Positions 11,715 through 24,969 are shown, counted from the stretch's first letter. The stretch is DNA of 64,000 nucleotides from Dimargaris cristalligena (GCA_003614675.1 ML002215.1:1-64000); one strand, 5' to 3'. Notes: generated from the letters alone by a model not told the origin. A program made the numbers and translations.

Positions 11715-12224
11715 TTAATAGATCTCGTCCACCTCAGGGAAGGTGCGCACAAGGTCAGCGTCCGCAGGACGGAGACGCGCGGTGATTTTCAAATTAAAAG
11801 CATCCGGCTGGAAATAGAAGCAGTCGACTTTAGTCGCCATTTTCATAACCAGAGCATTTGCCAGCTGAAGAAACGTGTTGGGATCATGGACATTAGGCAA
11901 TCTGACCGTAAAGTTCTCGAACCCGGCCCCCATGGGGTCACACACCGCGGGGGTGGTGGGAGTGGGAGTGGGCGTCACCGTTACTTCAGTGGTCGTGGGG
12001 TCAATGGTAATAGAGGTGGTGGTGGTGGTGGTGGCGGTTCCGTCCGTAACCGTCACTCCGGCCGTATCGACGGGAGTCACAGTGTTGATTCCTGGTACTT
12101 CGGGTCCACACTTGTTGGAGCCGTCCCGACGAACGAGGTAACCGCAGTCGGGGCGGGTGGGGAGGGCAAGGGCGAGACTCTGGAAAGTGGCCAGGGCACA
12201 GATGGCTAATACGAGAACCTTCAT
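11715..12224 (-). CDS. Secreted Thr/Pro-rich protein, paralog 3 (intact), 169 aa
   Basis: MKVLVLAICALATFQSLALALP signal peptide, CGYLVRRDGSNKCGPE, Thr-rich linker, C-terminal domain shared with paralogs; TATA-like TATATAAA near 12356-12366. Confidence 0.85.
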   Translation of the reverse strand: MKVLVLAICALATFQSLALALPTRPDCGYLVRRDGSNKCGPEVPGINTVTPVDTAGVTVTDGTATTTTTTSITIDPTTTEVTVTPTPTPTTPAVCDPMGAGFENFTVRLPNVHDPNTFLQLANALVMKMATKVDCFYFQPDAFNLKITARLRPADADLVRTFPEVDEIY

Positions 12225-14180
12225 AGCTATAGTGAAATTAAACTGAACGTTATATTATATATTGTATGAAATAAAATATAATGGAAGGGGGTGAGAGAGG
12301 GAAAGAGAAGCTAACATCGAATGGAAGGATAGGGAAAACCGGGCCCCAGCTCCGTTTTATATAAACCCCACAAGCGGCCTAGCAAGGAAATGGGAAGCAG
12401 GCGAGGTACCAGTATTATTGAAGGCTGTTTTGATTCACTCTCAACGGATAGTCACTTGGCCATCCTGCCTCACTCGCTTTCAAACACGAATCGAATGACT
12501 GGCGGCTTTTTTCAAGTCAGCCAATTGCTTTTTGGGAATGTTATTCACTTCGCTCTCTAAAACTACATGGCTGCAACGTAAATTGGGACTATGGCGGTAA
12601 TGTGCTGAGTGCTTGAGTGTGGTCGTGGGCAACGTGATCACCATTTTCGCGAAAATTGACATTCACTACACCGAAAAATAGTCGGATTTCCTCTTCCACT
12701 AGGGAAGGGAAAATCATATTCAGTGATAAGCGGAGTGGAACTGACATGCAGAACTTTCGGCCAATGTAAATATTGCTTCTGAAGGCCAAACACCTGCCAT
12801 TAAGCTTACGTAACAGGAGATAAAACCAAACGTTTAAAAGCACGAATAAGACCAATGTTTTCATTGTGCACCATGCTTTTTTATCAAGGGTTCGCATTAT
12901 ATAACGAACAACCCGAGTAAGACAGTGGGGATAGTTTAATAATAGCCAGAAGAGCTGGTATTCGTTACATTTAGGACTACCGGAAATAGTCGTACAGGGT
13001 ACATTTACTCTAATTAGATAGTCTACCAATTTGGTTTAAGAGAAGGAACGCCAAGTATGCCCATGCCAAAAAATCTATAAATAATAAAATGGCCGAACTT
13101 TAAGTGGTGGGGACCACCAAGTATGTTGTAGGGCTATTGTGTGGGTATATTTTGCATTGGTGGGCTAGAAAGAAACTGTAAGGATACCTATTATGGTGTT
13201 AGCAATCGGGAGCAGTATGGGCAGAATTGTGTAATTATTATTTGAGGCTACTTAATAGTTTACCGAGGGGAGCGCAAGTGACAGCCAGATTATCAAATGA
13301 GTAGTCGAGATACTAGGTTGATATTTGTGTAAAATTATATACAGGTAGAAAAAATATCTGAAAACATTACCAGTGAAGTCTTGCGATTGAAGACTGTTCG
13401 GGGTGTTATAACACTCAATGATAAAGGCTGAAAATAATCTGTAATAATTGGAAGATAGAGGACTTTAACAAACAGGGCAAGTAGAGATGGATGTCTATAA
13501 TGCCAGGGGGGGGGGGGCTCTCCATCTATAGCTGAGAAGTATACCGACAAGAAGGGGTGGCAGGTGGTGGGCCTTCATATCTTATTGGTCAATTGAAACC
13601 TTTGGAATGTGACAAAGGTAACACTGACATGCGTGGCACACTTTTCCCCTATGAGGATATTTGAAATGGTAGGTATATTCTGTTGGTGTCTTAGGAGTGG
13701 CTGCCACGAATCTGCCGCCCGGCTTCCACTCTTGCTTGGGTTTAGGGGAGCGTTTGGTTAGACAATGGATACATAATGATGGATAGTGCGAGCTTGTTAT
13801 CTAAAATCAAATAAAGGACCCACTAGAATAAGGGGAAGGAAAGAATGGGTACGGAAATGGTGTAAAAAACTCAAGTTAAACGCTCCTGTAGCCCAACTGG
13901 CATTGAAATAAGTAAACATGGTCGACAAGGCCGTTGATATTGCTCATCCTGTCATCCATCCTCCCCTTCTCCCGAGGTAACATTGAACAACTAGGCCAGA
14001 CAACTAGTATAAATATAGACACGAAGTCGCGCATCTACCTCCCCTAGTTGTTCTTTATATTTATTTTTTTGTAAATAAAGCCCCCCCCCCTTTCATTGCT
14101 GGAGCCTCTTGCATGCCAAATATATCTATCAATATATCGTACGATTGCCAAGACTGCGGCCTTGTTATTCATTTGTTAGA

Positions 14181-15254
14181 ATGGGCTTAACTATCCAAGC
14201 CGGCCTATTGGTGCTTCTACTAGGCGGAGGTATCTCAGGCTCAACCGCCGGGGCGGTTTCCACCCAGAGGGACGTTTCCTATTGCCATGTAACTCCACCA
14301 GCTGACTCCGATCAACACGCCTACCCGATGAGCCTTGCCTCCATTATCAATGGTTTCAACCAGCTCCTAAGGTCGCCGTCGTCGATGTCGCTGTCATCAT
14401 TGCCGCCACAAATAACTTGAGCTCCCTACTCTGAGGCCAGCTGGGCTAATTCGAGATACACGGAGGAGAAAAAGAGAAGCATGCCTATTAGTTCCCTGCT
14501 TAACAAACCTGACCCAACGTTCGAGGTTGATGAATTCAACGGACCCTACCCTGTATCCCATACCGGTGGTCCGGTGATTCCTTCTTCTCCACCTCCACCC
14601 CCGGCTGCTGCCCCACTATTACTGACCTGGCCGTTCCATTATTCACCCCCATTAGGCAAGGATAAATGTTCCCATCCGACGGTTGGCCGCACTTCGAACC
14701 AGGTATCAATGTATCGGACGTTGCGCCCGAAACCCTCCTCATCCGTCCGCTCCTACTCCTTTTTCAACCCCGCTATTGGTAGTAATGCACTCTCACGCCC
14801 ACCGCCACCTCCGCCTGGCCAGACTCGCTATCGTCCCCTTCTTCCCGCCCATTTAATATCCGGCCACACCAAAGAGAAACTACTCGACAATCAGCGGAAA
14901 GGAAAGTATAACTGTCTCGTGTGTACCCGCCAGCTCCGTGACCTGGCAGCCCTAGAAAATCACCACACATTACACCAAGCAGATGGGGAAAGACCTGTGA
15001 AGGATGCCTGGGCTACTTTACCATCCCGCAACTTACGAGCCATCAGAAAAAATGTTGTGCCATCCCTTCTCCCCCTACTCCTTCCACTCGATCTCCAATT
15101 TCAATTTCAACTTCCCCACACCATCCCCCAACCAGTCCGGTTCCTAGCCAGCTCTGTGGTACCTTTGAGGTACCTTACCGAGAGTCGTCGCAGGGGTCAA
15201 CAGAGAAACGTTGGCCCTTCCAAAGTCAACCCTAGGAGAAATAGGGTTCAATAG
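14181..15254 (+). CDS. Signal-peptide-bearing C2H2 zinc-finger protein interrupted by a single in-frame TGA (codon 80); possible pseudogene
   Basis: ORFs 14109-14420 and 14481-15254 share a frame and 14421-14480 has no stop. N-terminal MGLTIQAGLLVLLLGGGISG; motifs MSLASIIN and MPISSLLN; YNCLVCTRQLRDLAALENHHTLH; basic C-terminus; TATAAATATA near 14008. Confidence 0.6.
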
Positions 15255-17037
15255 TCCATAATATATTTATTATATTAAAACATGCCCTTAGATTCGACCT
15301 CACTGTTTATTATGTTACTATTGGTAAGTCCAGTTTGTTCTTGTCGGTTCAAAAAACTGCCTTAAGCCTGTTAGCTCAAAAAATTACTGACCACACACCG
15401 CCCTCAAAAAGGTATACTGAACAATGAGTGCCGCATCAATTTACCCCTCGTTTGCCCTTATGGTTTTTGTATTATTATTTTTTGCAGTTTTCTTCTCCAT
15501 TTTATATTTCATGCATTGACATGTCAGGTATTTTGTCTAATTTTCTCTATTTCTCTATTTAAATAAATACCTAAACAACTACATTCTTATCCATCATACA
15601 GTTTGCCTGGTCCCCCGCCGTAGGCTCCAGTACAGTCTAACAGTACCGATTCTCCCGTGAGTGAGTCGAACCTCCCGTCGGGACATACTGCTTCTAGGGT
15701 TAGAGCAATCACCGATGCTACCGATGGACCGGGCCACAGCATTACACTACTACTTCAATGGTTTTGGTAGTTATTATTTAAATCAGTTTTTAGTATCAAA
15801 TAGAGAAGAAATGGATCAACCTCCAAGGTCCACGAAGGGCAGTGGGGGGCTGCGGTATATGTGCCTCCAAGACTCGGGTCGGGCATTCCAGCTATCCAGT
15901 CGCCAGCCCATATTGGAAGATAGAGCATTCATGTATATTATATAACTTATTGCTAGGTAACCTAGTAAATTCCAATGGCGGCCCGGGTGGTAAAAATACT
16001 ATCGACGAGTGGCCAGCCTCACCTAACGGTTGCAATACTGTGCCTTTGAGATACTATGGCTATTCCAAGGTAAGGTTGGGTGAAGTTTCAAAATAGTCAA
16101 AAACTATTAAATTTAGTTCAGTGATCATTTTAGTAGGTGGGGTGCATAAATGAAAAAACCGGAGTGGTAGATAGTATAGGTAGAGTCATGTGCCTTGGTC
16201 AATAGATGAAAGATATGGGTGCTGAATTGCTACTTAGTCTTCATATTCTGGTGTATAAGGTGCTAACATGGGGGTGCTGTTAATGGTACACAATCAATGG
16301 ACCATAGACCACGACGCTACTGTGTCCATTAAAATCATTATTTTAGTTATATTAACTGAATTTCGATACGTTCATTATCCAAGATCGAGATCCTCTACGT
16401 TAAATTCTAACCTAGTATCTATTGTAGCTGTTTAAATTTTGCTACCAGGTTTGGTCAAATTCAGTTCATTCAACAGAAAACGGCGTGGATCACGTAAAGG
16501 TGGGAGGGAGGCTTCCAAAGAGCGGGAGGTTATCTACCAATCATGTTTGGGAGACGAGTATTATTACACACGTTCAGCCAATTAATGATTAGGATGGGAA
16601 AACATAAACAACCCAGCTATACACCTATTTACTACCAATTCCCAGTGTATTGACGGGTAAAGGTTGTTTTGATTTTAGAGACGGGTAGAGGGGACAAATC
16701 AAGGGGGAAAAGTACCACCGCACCGTTTATTGGAGTGTTTGAAGGTCCCGCAAAGATATTGCTGGGCTATGGCTGTGTTTTTTGGCAACAGTTGATTTAT
16801 CCTAGGGTCGATTTGGAGAGTGTTGATTGAAACAAGTTGGCGACCTGCTATTATTTTGTATTTACTTATCTACCCTTTCTCCCGGCTTCATTTTGATTTA
16901 CTAGCTCTCCATTGATCTCAGCTCTTTCCATTCCTAGAGTAGCCCAGTGTGCAATAACCCCAATACTTATAGTCGTATCTACACTACCAACCCCCCTAAA
17001 CTTAGAAGCCCCATTTTAGTTCCAAAGGATTAGCGCC

Positions 17038-20000
17038 ATGTCGAATAATAGTCAAGACCCTCTCGGCGAACATGACCATGAGATGGTATCGTCCCCGGCC
17101 TCCCAGGCTGGAGGAATGGCCACTGGCAGCGGTCAAGCCCCTACCCCTGGTTCCCAAGTGTCCTTTCCACCATCGTCTCCGGTTCCCGCTAATTGGCAGC
17201 GCGGTCAAGTTCCCGCTACACCGGAAGGTTTTGGGTAAGTTGCCTCATTATTCATCTTTACGAGTCACTCTCAGTTTCACGGTATTTTGGTAGCAATTGG
17301 CCAACCTAGGCGTGCTGACCAGAGCACACCACAGCCTAATTCCAACTCACCGGCACTCTGCCATCAATATCATGTCTAACTTTGCTTACTCCTATCCCGG
17401 CCTTGACTCGGCCTTGCCCTATTACTCCTTATCAAATACACACTAGGCACATCTACGGCTCTTCCCAGCGCGGCGAAATGAGTAGCTTTATGGGGACTAG
17501 CCAGCGGATGACCGCCGCGACCCCCTCTAGCCATATGGGCGCCTTCAATACCCAATCCCCGTTCGCCCAGCCCTTCTCGGATCCCTCGACACCAGGTCCT
17601 TCTTACCCTTCAGCTACCCCCGGTAACTATCAGTCGGAATTGCCCAGCACCTTAGACACTCCGGCGGCGGGCGATGATCCCTCGGCCACCGTTCGCGTCA
17701 TTTGGGGCACCACCGTGGATATCCAAGAATCAATGTCGCTTTTCCGCGACTTCCTCCTCGAATTTAAGCTGAAATACAAGCTGACGGATCGGGATAGTCA
17801 TCGCAGTCTTGAGCCCGAATACCAAGACCCCTACTACCCCCGGATTCTCCAGCAAGTAGGTTGAGTTCTATTTATTGACATATCCCTATTTGGATCTGGT
17901 CATCCAAGTGTACCACCCAGATCATTATTAATGCAACTTCCGTTAGTTACCGGTTAAACCGCGCCCTTATATACGCTGACACACCGTCCAATTATTTGCT
18001 TTACATTCCATTGCGTACATTATAGATGCGGGATGCCGAATCTTATAACCTCAACCTGGACTGTACCAATCTCCTAGCCTACCCACGCAGCGTCAAGCTG
18101 TACCATCAATTAGTTCAATACCCCCAAGAAATCATTCCCCTGATGGATCACGTTCTTACCCAGATTTTCCACGAACTGTTCCGCGACATTGAATTCCACG
18201 GTGGCCAAGAGTTTACCGTGCGCCCCTATAATTTGGAGAGCGCCGTCAACATGCGCGACCTAAACCCCGGTGACATGGACAAGCTGGTTTCGATTAAGGG
18301 CCTAATGATTCGGTCGTCGGCGGTGATTCCTGACATGAAACAGGCCTTCTTCCGCTGCAGCAACTGTGACTTTGCCGTTTTGGTGTCCATTGACCGGGGC
18401 CGCATCGCCGAGCCCACCAAATGTCCCCGGGATGTCTGCAACTCCAACGGAACCATGCAGCTGATCCACAATCGTTCTCAATTTGCCGACAAGCAGGTGT
18501 GTCGGCTTCAGGAGACCCCCGATGTGATTCCCGATGGCCAAACCCCGCACACCGTGTCTCTGTGCATGTACGACGAGCTGGTTGACGTTTCCAAGCCTGG
18601 TGATCGGTAAGTCTTTGCGACATGGCCGACTCGGGCTATGTTTATTTATGTGAATCAAAATCCTTCGTGGGTAACCCATATTACTATGATTAGCTACACT
18701 TGCAATAATACCACTCATTATATACCATTCATTAGTGATGCGCCTCTCGTATATTCGCGGTTTTATTTCAAATAAGTTAGCACGCGGTATTCTGCCCAAT
18801 ACACTATCTCATTTCCCCCCTTGCTTCTCTGTGTTATATTAACCTCCACTTGTGACTATAGATTGGAAGTCACCGGTATCTTCCGCGGTGTTCCCGTTCG
18901 CCCCAACCCCCGCCATCGTTCTATCAAATCCCTGTTCCGGACATACATCGACGTGGTCCATGTCCGCCGGTCAAGCCAGCAGCGTATTAACATGGATCAG
19001 AGCACCACCGGGGAAAATGAATATACGGTCGACTTCCAGGAGGACGAGCAGGTCCAGGCCCTCTCCCCCGAGCAGGAGCAGGAGATCGTGCGCTGGTCTC
19101 AGAAACCCAATCTCTACGCCCAACTCGCCCAGTCCCTGGCCCCCAGCATCTTCCAAATGGAAGATGTCAAGAAGGCCATCCTGCTGCAGCTCTTCGGTGG
19201 TACCACCAAGACGTTCCAGGAAAAGGCCATCCCCAAATCGCGTGGTGATATCAATCTATTGTTGGTGGGTGATCCAGGTATTAGTAAGTCGCAGATGCTG
19301 AAGTACGCGCACAAGATCGCCCCCCGCGGCGTGTACACGTCGGGTAAGGGCTCCTCCGCCGTTGGTTTGACCGCCTATGTCACCCGGGATCCTGATACTC
19401 GTCAGGTGGTCTTGGAAAGTGGTGCTCTGGTACTTAGTGACGGGGGAATCTGCTGTATCGACGAATTTGACAAGATGTCCGACACGACCCGGTCCATCCT
19501 CCACGAAGTCATGGAGCAGCAGACTGTGTCCATCGCCAAGGCCGGGATTATCGCCACTCTTAATGCCCGCACTTCCATTTTGGCCAGTGCTAATCCCAGG
19601 GAGTCGAAGTGGCAGCGCAATCTTTCGGTTACGGAGAACGCCAATATCCCCCCTCCTCTGCTCTCCCGTTTCGATGTGGTATTTGTTCTGATCGATAAAG
19701 TCGACGATTTCGAGGATCGTCGGTTGGCCAAACACTTGGTGTCCCTGTACCTGGAGGATACCCCCAATGTGACGGATGATCAAAACGTGATGCCCATCGA
19801 ACAGCTCACCCAATATCTCCAGTACGCCCGCCGTAACTACCACCCCGTGCTGACCGAAGATGCCTGCGCGGTACTCACCAGCGCCTACGTGGAACTCCGC
19901 AAACTCGGCTATTCGCGTAACAACAAAGTCTTCAGTTGCACGACCCGTCAACTGGAGTCCATGATCCGACTGGCCGAAGCCCATGCTAAAATGCGGCTCT

Positions 20001-20374
20001 CCCGGACCGTGGACGTCGATGACGCCCACGAAGCTACCCGTCTGGTCCGGACCGGTATCCAACTCGCGGCCACCGATCCCCTGACGGGAGCGATTGATTT
20101 GGACTTAATCGCGACGGGTATTAGTTCGCATACCCGCCGGTTCCTGGATGACATGAAAAAAGAACTGGTCCAATTACTCGCCCGGCGGTCCGTGCCCGCC
20201 ACCCGTTGGCATGTCGCCCTAGAAGAACTCAACGAACAGTCCTCCGTGGAGGTCCAGGCTAAAGACTTCGAACAAGCCCTGCGGGAATTGGAAACCGAGG
20301 GCTATGTTCAAATCACCGGCGATCGTGGCCACCGGCTCATTCGTCGTTTGGCGGCTGGTTCAATGGGCATGTAA
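17038..20374 (+). CDS. MCM4: DNA replication licensing factor MCM4, 4 exons
   Basis: Exons 17038-17234, 17447-17855, 18026-18606, 18862-20374. S/T-P-rich N-terminus, VIWGTTV, Zn finger CSNC...CPRDVC, LQETPDVIPDGQTPHTV, Walker A GDPGISKSQ, IDEFDKM, SRFD. Confidence 0.96.
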
Positions 20375-21197
20375 AGAACCACCCAGCCTCAGGACCCCCT
20401 CCCACCTTTATTGATACATTATAGATAGAGACTTTTTTTTAAAAAAATATATATATTAGTATATTTCTACTCCCCTATTGTGCACCATTTTAGTAAGTTT
20501 ATATTTTCACCACTAATTTGCCGGATGCTCGTGTTTATCATTCCATTAGTTCTAGTTAGAAATGGGCTCCCTTATATTGGTATAACATAATTATAAATAA
20601 AATTCGGCATTTAACCATTTGTCTGTAGATATTTTTGCTGGCATTTTAGGGTGGCCTAGGGTAGTCGCTCTTAATGTTTGCACGGGTGCTCAGAGAATGG
20701 GGTTGTGATTCTTGACCAAAATCTTTCTACCAAATATCGGTTTAAGCCATCGAACATCTGGCCATTTTACCCTACACTACCATTACATACAAATAGATGT
20801 GCCATGATACGAGTCGCAATGTTTCAGTTTTATCAAATCCATTAAGATTGCTAGAGTAGCTAATTATGCCACACATCAATAATAGAGAAACAGACTGAAT
20901 AGTATAGATAATCACTATATATTACATCTACCGTCAGTGACTGTGCCAAGTATTCATTTTTAACACTCGACATTGGTGGTCTTGGGACGGGTAGGAGCAT
21001 GGCCCAGTTAAAGGTAGTTCACTACTAGTACAATACACATATGCTATTACCAAACTAGCGCCCAATAGGCCCAAAAGAGAGAATCGACATGATCCCATGG
21101 CACAATACCGCAATGGGGAAGGCAGATACACAAAAATCAGCACCATTTATTTATATTAATACAAGTTCTCTTTGAAACTGAGGGGCGTGTGCGTAAA

Positions 21198-22588
21198 TTA
21201 AAAGTACAGGCGAATGAGTTTGCTGCGCTGATTTCGGGCTTTACATGTGACGCAAAGAAAGCTAGGGTTAAGGCTATCTACACAATCAGTGCAGTAGATG
21301 TGGCCGCAGGTAGTGGCGTAAATATCAGTGGGGGGTTGCATACACCGGGGACAGAGCATAGCCTGGAGGGGGGGTTCTTCACTCTCCATGGACATTTCGG
21401 CGTTTTCGTCGGGATCATTATCCCGGGTTGGAATGGCACGCGTAAATTCCAGGCGGCTTTGGGTACGCTGTTGGGCCAGGGTCAATTTCAATTCTTTGGG
21501 AGGCGGCGGAGGAGGTTGGTTTTGCAGATGTGGGTCAATATCCTCGGGCCGCGCATTGGGGTCAAGAAGGGCTCTTAGTCGGATCACCGTTTCATCAGTT
21601 ATTTCCCCGTCCCCAATAAAATTGACCATCTCATCGACATCGTTAAGATCTGAATTGAGATTTCTAAAAGGCGCATAGGGATCGGCCTCATCGTAATCAT
21701 CATCATCATCGTCATCATCGCCGTCGTCGTCGTCACTATCCTCCCGGCGGTGATATCTATGTGCTCGGTTCGCGGGGGTGGTATTATTGGAGCGGCGTTC
21801 CACCCGAGGGAATCTAGACGAATATGGATGATAAAATGAAGGCCTGGACCGATCCACGGGGGCAATATCATTCCAATTAAACATCCCAACAATACTGTCG
21901 AGAAGGCGGCGGGTATCGATGCTGCTACCCAGGCCAGTTGTAATACCCAGCTGCTGATCCAAACTTAGAGGTTGGCCCACTGGGCGCGAGTCGGAATGGC
22001 GGTTTCTAGCTCCAATATTACGGAGGAGTATGGAACCAGAGCGAATGTCTAGAACAGGATGTAAATGCGGCCGGCGGTTGTGCCTGCTGATAGGTGCTAC
22101 GGTCATATAAAGGTGGTCGACGGAGGCATGAATATAGGAGAGGCGGAGGTTGAGTCCGGATTCATTGTTCATTGTGAGACAAGATAAAATAATAAATGTC
22201 AAATTATTAGATTATGGACCTATACAACCGACCTTTTGCAGTTCAGAAGCTTATAGTTGTAGCCTCTTGACCGACTTAGATAGTCTAGGGATGTAGGGGG
22301 AGGGGGGTGGCACGTTGCGATAGGATACGGTCACTTACGAGGTGGTACTTCTGATGTTATTTCAAGCTCATTGTTATCGAAAAATTGAAGTCCTTCACGC
22401 ACACGGGCAAGTTCCTCGGGTGGACGGGGAGACCGAATGGGCTCGTCCGTCAGGTCGATGGGTTCGGTACCCGTCGGTGGTGCCGGAGCAGAAGGGGGTA
22501 CATAGTCGATTATCTCGATTCCGTCGCTCGACGGCGACGATGGGATATGCTCTAAAGGACTATCCCTATTGTTTCTAGAATGGGCCAT
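21198..22588 (-). CDS. SUMO-targeted RING E3 ubiquitin ligase (RNF4/Slx8/Rfp-like), 2 exons
   Basis: Exon 1 22588-22339 (GTAAGT donor) joins exon 2 22096-21198 in frame. SIM-like IEIIDY, PIDLTDE, LEITSE; acidic tract; C-terminal C3HC4 RING CPRC...CGHIYCTDC...CVTC ending IRLYF. Confidence 0.8.
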
Positions 22589-23337
22589 GTATAGGTCGGA
22601 GGCCAGAAATAACAGAATCTAATTTAGGAAGAACGACCGAAGTCTCGGTGGAGTTCGGAAAGACCGACAGAAATACTATTAATGTATTAAAGTGGGGGGC
22701 TGGCTAGAGCGGTGGGTTAATTGAACTATTGAACAAAAGGGAGGATGTTGGGATTACAATGCACGACTTGGGGGGGAACTAACAAGAAAATTAGGTGAAC
22801 GTAATAGTTAGAGGCAAGGTAGAGTCGATGACTTTACGACAACTTCGCGAGCTTTCGGAGGGAAATGGATACAGGGAGTTTAGCATGAACTAGATTGTAC
22901 AGTTGTATAGTCATAAAAGCAACGGATAATAATGCACCAGAGAAAGTGGATATAACAGGGAATGCCCCCAAATCAGCTTTCCAAGAAACTGTTAGCCTGT
23001 TTGGAGGCTTGTTACGGAAGATTCAACCTATTCCACCAGTCACTGCGGAATAGCTTCACTGTTGCTCCATTGGGTTCTTTAAAGAAGGGCAGCCCTTATC
23101 GGCCATTTTAAATCCCACCGTGGGCTATATGATATTAGATAGTCCTCTATTAGAAATGGAGTATACTAATTAATGAACACTATATGCTTTTCCGCCACTC
23201 TACTCGTTTTAAGTCTGACACCAGACATATAATAGCCGAATAGGAAGAGCACTGAGCATGAAGGAATAGAAGCTTCGCGGTGGGTGGCGGGTTCCTGTTT
23301 GCCCAATGGCCTTGGAGTCCTCCACACACATAATTAG

Positions 23338-23485
23338 AAATGGGGGCAGTTTGGTGAGGCCGTATAACAAGAAATCCATTGGACGGGGTTAGTATTACTG
23401 GTTAAAAATAAATGTCCCGCTTATTCTCCTATGCGCATACCATGTATACCTCTCTGTATACAGCTGGGTCGAATTTCACCCACAT
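23338..23485 (+). mobile_element. MITE family copy C (diverged)
   Basis: Retains AAATCCATTGGA, TATTACTGGTTAAAA and TACAGCTGGGTCGAATTTCACCCACAT; ends ~90 bp upstream of the methyltransferase ATG. Confidence 0.75.
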
Positions 23486-23573
23486 CAAACTTTTATTAAA
23501 ATTTCTACCTAAATACTGTTTCCCAATTCCATTTGATTTTCACCCGCGAATTCCCCTTACCAGACTAGGTCGA

Positions 23574-24969
23574 ATGGAACCCGCTGATAGCCCAGCGGCC
23601 AGTCCCGAGTTGGCCTTGACGCCCAATGAGCTTCGTCTGGCCCAACGAATCCAGCGCCAGGTCCTTCAAATGGTTCCACTACACCTTCTCGATTTTTCAC
23701 CCGACGACTTTAGTGTTACTTTAATGGACCAAGGGGAAACGGGCGAGCTGGCTCACATGGCTTTTCAGTCTTGGATAGCCGAGGAACTATTGAACCACCC
23801 GCTCATGCAGCGTTACCCGCCTCCGCCCACCTATTTACGGGGGTTTCTGAAACGCTATTTGGCTCTGGTGGAGCGACTGGAACCCGCGGCCGAGGTTAAC
23901 GAAGCGCTTCTAGCGACTTACATTGACTTGCTTGGGCAAATCCCCGCTAGCCAAGATGGTCGGCCCCTTGACCGTTGCTACAAAACCTATCTACCGTCGA
24001 CGGGGAGCCCTAGAAACAACCTCCCCGCGGAAACCTCAATTACCCTCCAAGAGGAACAAATGATGATTTGCCGGGGTACCACGGGCCTGCGCACCTGGGA
24101 AGCCAGTTTAAGGCTGGCCGAGTACGTTATCCAAGAAGGTCAGGCATTGGTTCAAGAGCGGGCAGTGGTTGAGCTCGGTAGTGGGACTGGTCTAGTAGGT
24201 CTGGTCAGTGCCCTAGTCGGTGCCACGCGGGTGACCATGTCGGACTATAATCCCGAGGTTTTGGATCTCTTGCGGGATAATATCGCTCTTAATTCCGACC
24301 GGCTACCCTGTCCCGTAGAAGTTCGTCGCCTCGACTGGACGAAATTTTCCGTGGCTGACCTCACCTCCTTCCGAGAGAGTACCGTATTGGGCGCCGATTT
24401 AGTATATGACCCTTCAATCATTCTAGCCCTCGTGGATATACTGCACGCCTTTGTAACTTTAGACTGTCAAGTCTATGTGGCATCCACAATTCGCAACGCT
24501 ACTACATTTCAGCTCTTCCGTGACACATTAGGTAAGTGCATTTATGACGGAGTATGGTAAGCGGGTCAATAGACATTTTGAAATCAACTTGCTCACAAAG
24601 GGGGCTGCCTACATCACAAATCCAGTGGAATCATGAAATCAGGGTAGAAACCTATTCTATTAATTCCGGAATAGCCTATACGCACAAATGCCTTTATTGA
24701 AAATATTAATTTGCATCCACAAGGGATTTGGAGCTATTGCTACGACCTATACGAGGGTCAATCGTAAGCAATACCAGCTTATAGACTATCGACCGACTAA
24801 ATCAGTTGTTAAAATTTAACCAATTAATTTGGTCATCTATTGTTCACGAATAGTCGATCATTCGGATATAATCCTAGAGGAGTTCGAACTTGACCAAATA
24901 CCCCGCTGTTTCTTTCATGAAAACCCCGATTCTCGAGTCGTTATTCTCAAGCTAACTCAATCGAAATGA
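23574..24969 (+). CDS. EFM3: Protein-lysine N-methyltransferase, EFM3/EEF2KMT (FAM86)-like, 2 exons
   Basis: Exon 1 23574-24531, exon 2 24854-24969. FAM86-like N-terminus (YPP...YLRGFLKRYL), GTTGLRTWEAS, VVELGSGTGLVG, LDW, GADLVYD, STIRN. Confidence 0.85.

Noticed and set aside
14418-14420. In-frame TGA (and the TGA at 10460-10462) as selenocysteine
   Set aside because: No redox-motif context, no resemblance to a selenoprotein family and no SECIS recognisable by eye; point mutation is simpler.
16440-17037. MCB/E2F cell-cycle elements upstream of MCM4
   Set aside because: No ACGCGT; only a partial GCGGGA, too weak to call.
18852-20232. Long antisense or alternate-frame ORFs over MCM4 (also over the kinase, NRPS, RING-H2, RBM26 and VAC8 genes)
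   Set aside because: Expected shadows of GC-rich codon usage on the real coding strand; no motifs.
23412-23573. N-terminal extension of the methyltransferase ORF from ATG 23412
   Set aside because: That ATG lies inside MITE copy C; the protein-like sequence starts at ATG 23574.
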